Source of the DNA: Saccostrea echinata
Taxonomy: Eukaryota
Direction of reading: 5' to 3'
Assembly (NCBI RefSeq): GCF_033153115.1
Contig: NW_026889805.1
Coordinates: 10,974,001-11,038,000 of the forward strand
Length of the DNA stretch: 64,000 nt
Below are positions 11,403 through 23,400 of the stretch, piece after piece (the stretch's first letter is position 1; every line of letters starts with the position of its first letter). A model generated the notes under the pieces. That model made no database searches. It was given only the letters and a program-made list of their open reading frames with translations, and had not been told where the DNA came from. Position numbers and translations under genes: made by a program.

Positions 11403-14400
11403 TCAGTTTAGTTCAGGACACTGCTGCTGTATAGCCACACTGTCAGGGTACAACCTAATGTCCGGGGGACATATTTTACACCAGCTGGCACCAATCTCAT
11501 CCTGGTAATGGTCTGATTCACATGGTTTACATTTGGCCTGACTAGTTAAATCCTGGAATGTACCCACAGGACAGTAGAAACAAATGTCCTGACCTTCTTC
11601 CCACTGAAATGTTCCAGCATGACAAATCTTACATTTGTGTTGCCCATATTCATCTTGATAGGATCCAGCAGGACATAACAAACATTCTGATTGGCCAGTT
11701 CTATTCTGGAAAGTTCCAGGTGCACAGTACTTGCAATCTGATTGGCCAATCTCATCTTGATACATTCCCTGGAAGCAGTGTTTACATGAGGTTTTATCAC
11801 GTTCATTCTGATAGGTTCCAATTTCACAATTCAGACAGACTGCCTTAAACTTGGTGCTGTTTGAAGCTTTGTATCTCCCTACATCACAGATTTCTACAAG
11901 AAATATGATATTTAGTTGTCAAAAATTTGATTAACTATGTACATGTATGTTCCCTAATAAAGTAAGGAAAAAAATTATTAAAAGTGACATTAATTTAGAG
12001 TTAATGATGATGAAGTGGCTCAGTGGCTGTGGAGAAAAAGTTGAAAATGTGCAAATTTTCTACTACACATGACACATGGTAGATGATAGATAGCTAGAGA
12101 GAAAACATTGGATATTCTATAATCAGAAATTCTCAAGTCTTTGGCTTAGGTGAGCTAAAAATACTTAAACAGGTAAAATTGAATCCAAGAAATGGGGCTT
12201 TATTGATGGTAGACACATCTTCTTACCAAGAACATTGATAGTGAAGGTGCAGGAGTCATTGATGAGGGAGTTAGGATGGGTCTGTATCGTCACAGTCACT
12301 GACCCCACAGGGAATTCTTTCTTGTCCCGAATCCAATCTGGAGTCACAGTCACATGATCCAAATTCACAAGGTCAGGGACATCTATTTCAGCAAAGGGAT
12401 AGTGTTGGAATACTTCAATAAAGATATCTTCTGGACACTGGAGTTTTTCAAAGGATGCTATAATCAGGAAAAAAAATATATTATTGACAGACTCTGAATT
12501 ATCAATTTTCATTAACATTGCAGATTTGCTTGTGATTGTGTGTCTAAAAATCTAAGTAGGGTCTAATATCTTACATGCAGATTAATTTTGTGATTTTGTT
12601 TCGTAACTTCATTTTTCCAGATGATTTTTATGACTAATGACTCAGTGATTTAGTGTAATTTTGCATTTAATTTATACTAAACAAAACTTTAATTTTATTA
12701 ACAGAATGATAGGATTAAGGGATGACCATTTGATTCGGGTTATTTTTATATCATTGAACAACAGATTATTTATTTCCAAGATGATCAAGGGCAGGTTATT
12801 TTCTTTATTTTCTTCACTTCAAAAAGTCTGACCAAAAAAAAAACAAAACAAACAAACAACCCCCCCAATCAAATAGTCGTCCCCTTAAAAGCATGATCTT
12901 TGATACATGTAATATGCCCTTCTAATTCTGTTTTTTTGTTTTGAAAATAGACCCAAGAAAAAAGGGAAGAAAACTAGAGAGTAAATGTTCTAAAATGACT
13001 GCAGATTATCAAAACATGGTACATTGCACATATTGTTTACACAAAAGTATTTATATGTATAAATATTCAAAATCATATTTACAGTTAAAGAAGACACACT
13101 TAGGGATACAGGAGATATTTCCAGATCAAGTGGACACACTTATGGATAAAATAAATATTTCCAGATTATTAGTAGACATATTTTTGGATACAGACATACT
13201 TATGGATACAAACATACATTTGAATACAGACATACATATGGATATAGACATAATTATGGATACAGACATACTTACGAATACAGACATACTTACGGATACA
13301 GGAGATTCCATCAGCTGCCAGCACTGTGCCTGGTCTGCCACATAGACAAACATAGGATCCCCAGGTATTCTCACACCTGTCCTCACAAAGGTTATCTGTA
13401 GCACACTCATCTACATCTACAAATAAAGATCTCTCTCACAAATATACCTTAAATGGTAGCTCATTTTTCGTATCACTAAAAATGTTGGAATTCATCTCCT
13501 TACGAGTACAGAAATGTGCTGTACTATCTGGCATCAGATTTGCACACTTTGCTGTACATGTACTACTTATTGTTTGATTTGGAAGTATATTGACATGTTC
13601 ATTACAAGGTTATTGTTTATTTCTTACCATTGCAGTACCGGCCATCATACCCAATAACAAATCCCTCCCTACATCCACACTTGAATGTCCCTGGTAAGTT
13701 AATACACTGATCAATGCAGTAGTGACTGTTAAATATACACTCATCTACATCTGAAAGAGAAAATTATTATCAATTTACAAAGGAGATAGGTGATGGTGGA
13801 CATTATAATGACCCAAACACACTAAATCATTCCATAAGTATTACCTGTAATTTTTAATTAAGTACTCCATATTTTAATACATTTATCCCATTTCTGTGAA
13901 ATCACTTATTTTTGTAGGGGGTACCCGGTAAATTTTTGTGGTTTGCCATGTTCCATGAATTCATGTCCTCCACAAAATGATAAAATTTTAAGAACTATGC
14001 ACGCTAACTCTTGATTCCTGCCTACATTTTACACCCATTTTATTCAATACAAATAGCATTTTGGACATTAAAACTTATTTGAATGCAAAAAAGAATTCAT
14101 AAGTGATTGATAAATAATTTTAAAACCAGTGTCAGACCATTAAGTGCTCTTATTTACAATTCTTTTCACAAGAGGGGGTTGAAATTCTTATACATTGAAA
14201 TCAGGTCTTAAAACATAGCCAGATTTTCCAATACTCTTGAACATGGATAAATGACCCTCGGATCTTTCTGTATGTTTAATGTATGTAAAATGTCCATTTT
14301 TGCAGTTTTTTTGTCTGTAAACATACATGCATGCCCCCCCCCCCCCAAGAAACAACAAAAGCTTTGGTATGAATTTGTAAAAAAAAAACAAACAAAAAAA

Positions 14401-17400
14401 CAATTCATAATACCTGTAAAAAGGAATTTTTGTGTCACGGGAAGGGGGGGGGGGGGTTAAAATATTTTCCATTGATGTCTATAGTGAAAAACAAGTTTTG
14501 CCAAAATGTTAGAGTTATCTCTCTTTATTTTCCAAAATAAGTTATGTTTTGTGAAAATTCACATAAATATCTATATAAATATGAAAAATAATTAAAATAT
14601 GATATCTTTTGAAAATTGACTTGGAGATAGGCGGCAGAACAATATACTATCATTCACAGTTCTTTATATAAAATAATCATGTTCACATTTGCATCCACAA
14701 AAGCAATCCCCACAAACCAATACCTTTTCTTCAAACTACAAAGATTTTGACCCATGAGTGGAAATAAATGGATTTACAGTACATAATTTTAGAAGTTTAT
14801 TAATAGGAAGTAAACTAGTTCATTACACAGCCTCTTTCCTGCTACAGCAGGTATTACCTGTGCAGTTCCTGCCATCTTCACTAAGCTGGTACCCTTCCCG
14901 ACAACCACACTTAGCTGACCCCTCAGTGTTGTAACAGTTGTGTTCACATCCAAAGTTGTCTATCTCACATTCATTAACATCTACAAAGATAAATGTTGTC
15001 TACCTAGCAATCATTGACATCTACAAAGATAAATATTGTCTAACTCACATTCATTGATATCTACAAAGATAAACATTGTCTACCTCACATTCACTGATAT
15101 CTACAAAGATAAATGTTGTCTACCTCACATTCACTGATATCTACAAAGATAAATGTTGTCTACCTCACATTCATTAATATCTACAAAGATAAATGTTGTC
15201 TTCTTCACATTCATTGATATCTACAACTATAAATGTTGTCTTCTTCACATTCATTGACATCTACAAAGATAACCATTGTCTACCTCACATGCAATGATAT
15301 CTACAAAGATAAATGTTGTGTTCACATCCAAAGTTGTCTACCTCACATTCATTGATATCTACAAAGATAAATGTTGTGCCTCCAATAAAAGACTTTTGAA
15401 TACATGTATTTATGTTTTACATATTCATAAGTATTTTCTCAGCTTTATCATCACAATCCCTACAAGTAAAAAATTGCCTATAACTGTCTGAGAGACCATT
15501 ACACAGAGGGACTTAAATTACTGGGTCTATCCTAGTTAATCCTGTTAAATTCCCCTATAATAGAAGCTTAGGCACAGATTCATTGCTTGCATGAATAATT
15601 GTGTCATGACAAGGTTATGGGCATTACTTGTATGGAAAATAGGTACAGTACATATTAAATTAAGATGATTATGGACATATTTTCAACTAAAAGGCAAAAA
15701 TGTAGATATATGAAATATCTAGTTTTTGGCATATATGGCAATGGTAAGTCAATAGTAGCATGTGGTAATATGAGTTACCATATGTGCTGCAACAGACCAA
15801 TAATATTGAAAAACATTAGGCCTATGGGCCACAAGGCTCACCTGTTCTCCATCAGCTAATTTTTTTTTTACCAGAATCTGCCACTAAGGAAGGTATGATT
15901 TAATCAAACTTGAATCCACACTGGGATGCTTCAATATCAATACAATCAATACGGCCCTGCTATTTCCTGTACATATTTGGATCTCTGATTTTTGCCCAAC
16001 ACTAACCCAATGGCTCATACTTGAATAAACACTGATACTACACAGCTTATTGTATTATACAAGTGTGATACAACACAATTTTGTGTTGCTTATTACTATG
16101 ATTTAGTGTGGTCTCTCAAAAGATTTCTTCCTATATACTGATTACTCCTTTGTAAAACTAATCCAACATTGCAACATCAACCTATTCCCAAGGGATCAGA
16201 TCTACAAACTTGAATATAAATTACCTGAGGATGCTTGCATATCAATATGACTAATAATGGCTTTGCTGTTTTATAGAGGTAGAATTTTCAAGATTTTTCA
16301 TATGTATTCCTATTTAAAACTAAATTGATTGTCTACTATGGCCCAACCTACCCCTGGGGGTCATGATTTGAACAATCTTGAATCTATACTACCTGAGGAT
16401 GCTTCAATATAAATATGACTAATCATAGCTTTGCTGTTCTTGAGAAGATTTTTTTCTATGTACTATTCTTGCATAAAACTTTGATTACCTCTTGTGTCCC
16501 CACTCTATCCCCAGGGTCATGATTTGAACCAGTTTGAATCTGTATTATGTAATAAAGCTTTCTTATAAGTTTTATCTTTTCTGGCTCAGTGGTTCTTGAG
16601 ATGAAGATTTTTAAAAGATGCCATTTTAATTTTCACTACTGGTAATTCTTAATTATCTCCCTTGAAAGAGGTTGTGGTCCACCATTTGAACAAACTTAAA
16701 TCCCCTTCACCCAAGAATGCTTTGTGTTAGTTTGGTTGAAATTGGCCAAGCTGTGGTTCTTGAGAAGAAGTTAAAAATGTTAAAAGTTAACAGATGGACG
16801 TCAGACAAATTGTTTTCAGAAAAGCTCATGCACTTGAGCTTTCAGCTCATGTGAGCTAACAAGAGGGTTTTTTTCCTCAAAAAGATTTAGCTATGCAACA
16901 AAAAAGCCAGCTGCTTTTGAATCCAAATTCTACCTTTGATCAATTCACTTTATTACTCAAAAGAAAATTCAACTGAAATCATGAACACTCCTGCCCTACC
17001 TGTGCAAGCCTCTCCCAGAGCCAGATTACCATGGTAACCCTCCACACAAACACAGTCCTCAATGGAGATGCTGGCAATGGCCTTGGTTGTAGATAGTACA
17101 GGACATTTCACACAATCAAAGTCAGTTATGTTGCTATAGTAACCAACAGCACAAGCTGAAAAAGGGGTGAGATTAATGTAAAGATCAAACATTGTCAACA
17201 AAATTTACAATATGGACAAAGCACTTCAGCATCTAAAAGAACTGAAGTATTTGGAAATATGCAAAGGTTTTTAAGTTCATACAAGTTATTGAGCTTTATA
17301 AAAAAAATGTGGCAATGTCTTTGATGTCTTAAAATGAGAGTTTGGGTGAGTAGTATTTTAACAAATGAAAAATAATTCTCCTAGGAGCTGGTTACTTACG

Positions 17401-20400
17401 TATACAGTCATAGTACCCAATATTGGTGTAGCCTGGATGACATCGACAGATAAATCCTCCATTAAGGTTCAGACAGCGATGTTTGCACTTGTTCAAATTG
17501 GGCATTTGACATTCATCTATATCTATCAAAGAAGAATGTATCATTTGAAAATATCCACAAGCCATCGAATATTCTTATTAATCAATGGAATTCAATTTCC
17601 TCTGTTTGGACATTTGAAATGATCGAGGTCTCTCTTCTCAGCAGTTTCTGCCTTTGTTAAGTTAGACCACTTTGATTTTAGTCTTGGTTTCTCATCTCAG
17701 CATTCTGATCAGAAAGGGAGTACCTAATGGACCAAAATTATAATACAACTGAATTAAAAAAAAACAAATGAGTTACCTTCACAGGTGTGCCCATCTGAGC
17801 TGACGGTATATCCCGGCTCAGTGCACTCACAGCGATACGAGCCGAGGACATTGACACAGCGATCCTCACAATTATTCTCTCCCTCCATACACTCATTAAT
17901 ATCTGGAAAATCAAAGTACTCTCCTTAACAAAAAGGCTTTGAAAAGAATAATTGTGTAAATAAAAAAAGTTAAAGTTACCTCCCTTTGATCACATTCTAA
18001 TCAATGATAATAATATTCAGCTTAAAAAAGGAAAAGTTTTAATTTATGAATTCATTACTTGAATTGTGTATAGTGGTCTTCTCTGTAATACTCTTAATTA
18101 ATACTCTGTCTTTTTTAGAGAGTTTTTGTGTATAGTTACAATAGTATCTAAATTATCATTGCCTCAGCAGTAAAAAATTATCAACAACATAATAAAACAT
18201 ATAAATAACCCCCCATATTTCAAAAACTCTGTTATATATATTTACTGCTCCAAATTTAATCAACTGATATCATCTCTTTCAAAGATAGCAGAATCAGCAT
18301 CAGTACTGATTCAGAAGGTTCAAATAATTTTTGTCATTTATGCATTGAATTGTAAATTTTGAACATTCACTTTGACATAACTCTGATGGCTGTGCTGACA
18401 AAGTGAATATTGTAACTTAGAGTCAATCTGTTTAAATGAATTCAACAAATTTCTTATAACAGATTAAAATGGATTAAAAGAAATAAAACTTTGATATAAT
18501 GAATCAAATCTGTTGTATTTAAATAAAATGAATTACAGTAAAACTTGTCTAATCTGGACACCAATGGTTCCAAAGAAATTGGCCAAATTAGACAATATTC
18601 CGGATTAGACAACATTTTAAACAATGGAATTTATTGAAAAGGACTTTAAGTTGGCATCGTATTAGACAAGATTTCAGAATACACAACATCCAGATTAGAC
18701 AAGTTTCACTGTATATTGAATTCAAAAATATATTTGATAGGTCCTAGATGAGCTTCCGTGTAACGTAAAAAAAAAAATCAATACATAACCTTTTGACCTC
18801 CCTGTCCATTATTGGTATAACAAATACTGTTGCTTTCAACACACTTTATAAGGAACTAACATATCTAATGTAAATATTTATTTTACAAGTAGAGAGAGAC
18901 CAGAGCATGAGGAGTCATCCCAGGACAGTTTGTAGCCAAGGTTAGTACAGTGGCACCGGTAGGAACCTTCTGTATTAGTACACGTGTCCTCACATAACTG
19001 GACTCCAGGCTCAGCACATTCATCTATGTCTGTCCAAAATAAAAGTTTAATTTACTGTTATAAACATTTTTTATACTTATTTACGATACAACGAGAGTTG
19101 AATCCATTTACTAACAACTACCTACCAACACACGATTTCCCATCATCCTGTAAGTTGTAACCTTGGTAACAGGCACATTCAGCACTGCCATCAAGATTTA
19201 TACATTCATGGAAACAACTGAAGTTGTCTAGCCAGCATTCATTAATGTCAAGACATGTGTGGTTGTCATAGTTAAGTTCATACCCTACCGGACAGAGACA
19301 GTGGTAGGACCCCTGTGTGTTCACACACGTCCCCTCACATCCTCCATCATGGCTCTGGCACTCATCCACATCTGTAAATAAAACAGGGTAACTCTGTACA
19401 GAGTTCTTAAAAGGTCTAAAATCTAAGAACTGAGTTTACTTTTCCTAGCTAACAAATTTTCATTGTCTAAAATTCTCTATTTTCATCCTTGGTACCACAA
19501 AATGTGTACCAAGAAAATTTATTTTACATTCTTCAGGCTAAAGAAGTCAATAAATTCAAACTAAATTATATACAATCTTTCAGATTTTTAATGAAATAAA
19601 TAAAAATTAAAAAATTTAAATACAGACCACTACAGCTCACATTGTCCTTTTCAAGAAAGAAGCCTAGTGGGCATGTGCATATGGCATTTCCTGGCAGATT
19701 CATGCATCCTCCAGAGCAGTTCAATGTATTGCCTATACATTCATTAATATCTACAAAACACAAATACTTCTAAGTACTCTCTACCATCTACCTTTGGCTA
19801 ACGTATATCACACTGATAAGCAAGAGAAAAATTGCATTATTTTTAAATTCATTAAACTTAAATGCCTGTGCTAGTGTTCAAGGTAGATATTTATTAAGAA
19901 GATCTAGAACTATTAGTTTAATTTGAAAAAAAAAAATCATATTTTTTAACTTTTTGTCAAAAATCTTGACAAGAGTCCATTGCAGAGAGTTCTGAGAGAG
20001 GAATGAAGTACAACTCTGCAAGGAAGATTGCACAAACATAAGACTGCAAATTTCATTTATTAAAGTACCATTTCATTTATAATTATGTACTTTTTTTAAA
20101 ATTGTTTTTTGGGGAGAGGTGGTTACATTACCCAGACAATCCAGACCACTTCCTGGATCTCCTTGGTAACCACTGTCACAGTAACAATCCTTCAAGGAAG
20201 ATGCTATGTGGGTCTGTGTTGCTATGGAGTTCATTGGGCAGTCTATACACAGTTTTTTCCTGTCATCAATGTACTGATGTTTTCTGCAAGCTAAAACAAG
20301 ATGTATTTGTGAAACACTGATGCCCCCATATGACACCTCATTGCTAAGGTACATGTAAAAGTTTTTCAAAAGTAGGTCAAACTCCAAAGTCAATGTCATC

Positions 20401-23400
20401 AGGTCAAAAATGTTGTTTCCAAATGACGAATTTTGTCACAAGGAATCCACCTGTCAAATATAAAAGCCCTAGCTCCAACCATTCAAAAGTTTTGGCGAAA
20501 GTTAGAGTTTTTAAAATGTAAGTGAAACTTCAATGTCAAGCTTAAAAAAATGTTGGTACAAAAGGGAAGGTCTTGTCACAAGGAATACACATGTGAAATG
20601 TGAAAGCCTAGCATAACCATTTAGAAGTATTGGCCAACATTAAAATTTGGTAAAATTTTGAAAAAGTAGGTCAAACTCCATGGTCAAGGGCATGGGGTCA
20701 ACTATGTTTATACCTTAGGAAAGGTCTTGTCATAAGGAATACACATATGAAATATGAAAGCAATGTATCTCCAACCAATCAAAAGTTATGGGCAAGGTTA
20801 AAGTTTTTGCAGACAGACTGACAGATGAATGAGATTTAATGTCCCCTCACTTTCGGGGGACAATTAAACCTCATTGGGTATTTCCATATAGTTAACCAGG
20901 TACTGCAGATAAAAAGTCAGCTGTAGAAGCATTTCAGTCCCGTCTTCAAATTAGGCTACACATTATAAATTCCTTTGTAAATGGATTAATAACAAGGTCT
21001 TTTTTATTGTTTTGCAGATAAATGTATTAACTGTGTAGTACAGATTTTAGCTTACTTTTTGTAGATTACCTGATTGTAGAGTTTATAGCTCACCTGTACA
21101 ATTTTTTGCTTACCTTTTAAGTTTTTAGTTTACCTGTAGTTTTTAGCTTACCTATACAGTTTTTAGTTTACCTGCACAGTTTATAGCTTACTTGTAAATG
21201 TATTTTTTTACTCCCCTTCAAAGTTTTTAGCCTACCTGTACAGTTTATTGCTTACCTATATAGTTTTAAGTTACCTGTACATGTACAGTTTTTGCTTACC
21301 TTTGAAGTTTTTAGCCTATCTGTACAGTGTATAGCTTATCTGTACAGATTTTAGGTTACCTGTACAGTTTTTAGCTTACCTGTTTAAAACTTAAGCTTAC
21401 CTTTACAGTTTTTAGCTTACCTGTACAGATTTGAGCTTACCTGTGTACATTTTTTAGCTTACCTGACTGTATAGACCTAAGCTTACTTGTACAGTTTAAA
21501 GCTCACCTGATTGTATAAACTTTAGCTTACCTGTACAGTTTTTATCTTACCTGTTTTAAACTAAAGCTTACCTGTACAGTTTTTAGCTCACCTGACTGTA
21601 TAAACTTTAGCTCACCTGTACAGTTTTTCCCATTCTCATGAACCACAAACCCTTCATCCTCACAGAAGCAGTAAAATGCACCATATGTATTAATACACAA
21701 GTTCTCACATCCCCCATTGTCTGTGGCACACTCATCAACATCTAACAAAAACAATGCTCAAAATATTAGAGCTAAATATAAAAATATATTCAGTGATATA
21801 TTCAACAGACATTTGGAGGGCTGTCAAGAAAAAGCAGATGGTGACCTTTTTCCCTGCAGGAATCTATAGATTAATTTCTCTTGTGTGAATTTTATTTATT
21901 AAATAAACACTTGACCAAACTACAAAATTTGAAAAAACTCAAAATCATAAAACTAAAATATGACATTATTAAATTACCACACCCGTAGATCTCTACTGTG
22001 TTGTTCCAATCTTAAGATCTTTTTACAGTAATTTTGTTCAGGTATTCAGGTATCTCTGGACAGTGAGGCTGCCTAAAGGCTCATAACATATTGTCTCTTA
22101 AATCTGATAATTTGTAGAAACCAATCCACTTTCACACTCTGTTCTGATTTGGTCTAGCTGCTTCCCACTTAAATACAGTCAAACCTCATTATCTCCAACT
22201 CAATGGGACTGAGAAAAAACTTTGAGATATCAGAGGGTTCAAGAGTAAAATACTTTAGAAATACATGTATGTGGTTAGGACTTCCAAATTACTTCGACAT
22301 ATCCATGGTATTCAAGATATCCGTGTTCCAGATATGTACTGAAGTTCAACTGTACTCTGCTGTATTTTAGTTTGTATCAAGTTTGAATCAAGCTACAGTA
22401 AACATCCTTAAACTTTGTCTTATTTCATTTTAGAATTCTCTTCTCCAACAAATTCTTTTCTCTTTTAACTAGTCCTGGGGCCAAAAAACTTAGACAAGCT
22501 CACATGATCTCAGTCTCACTTTTCCACTATTAATTCCTTTAGTAAAAGTATTAGACTGAGATCAAAAGTGAGCTCGTCTAAGTTTTGTAGCCCCGGAGCA
22601 TGATATCGACCTGAAAACTCAAATTTCTACTTGGCTCTAAACTACCTCTGTTCTCGCTGATGTCCACTGTTAAAGGCTGTCCTGTTCCCCTCTAGTTGAT
22701 TACTCACCTATATTCAAGTGGATACCGAACTGTAAAGTTTGTTCTTTGGTAACTTCTAGCAGATACCAAGCTACACAATGTTTTGGTAGGTATCAACCTA
22801 CACATTCTGTTCTGAAGCCTTTACAACAGAGTTGCATGGTGCTGGTGCTTGCATTAGCACTCACAAACACTTCTGTTATAGATCAAGTGATGGAAATTTG
22901 CTGAGCACTTGCAAGCACTCACATTATTGAACATGCATTAATGTTTTACAATAGCTGGAACAAAACTACATGCACTCAGTTCTATTGTAGCAGGTACATA
23001 TACCAGCCTGTACACTTTGTGTTTATATATCTATTCTAGTTTGTACCCACCTATACATTCTGTTTTATTATGGTCTAGCTGGTACCCTTCCCAGGAACAA
23101 GCACAGTGGTATGAACCAACAGTGTTAACACACAGATCTTGACAGCCTCCATTGTTTCCATCCAAACATTCATTTAGATCTAGAAAAAAAACATCATCAT
23201 AAGGCATTTAAACATTAAACCAATTCAATGAATCGTTTGGTTTTTAGAAATACATGTACATTTATCCAAACTGAATGGAGTGGATGATAATAATGATCAA
23301 GCTTCTGATGAATATCAATTGTTTAAAAGTTTGATTACAAGTGACAAAATGTAAGTAACTAAAGTTTGCAAAGCAGAACATAAGATGTTCTACACTTTAA

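Noticed and set aside
12941-13410. ORFs with DILMDT / SVSM repeats
   Set aside because: Translations of the 18-bp donor minisatellite; the true exon is in another frame
14965-15378. Regular 40-bp periodicity resembling a CRISPR array (also 60371-60727)
   Set aside because: No unique spacers, no cas genes, eukaryotic intron context
22750-22930. Possible extra Cys-rich exon or copy of the 23051 donor ('acctacacattctgtt')
   Set aside because: Stops in the frames tried and only a short match; at best a decayed pseudo-exon
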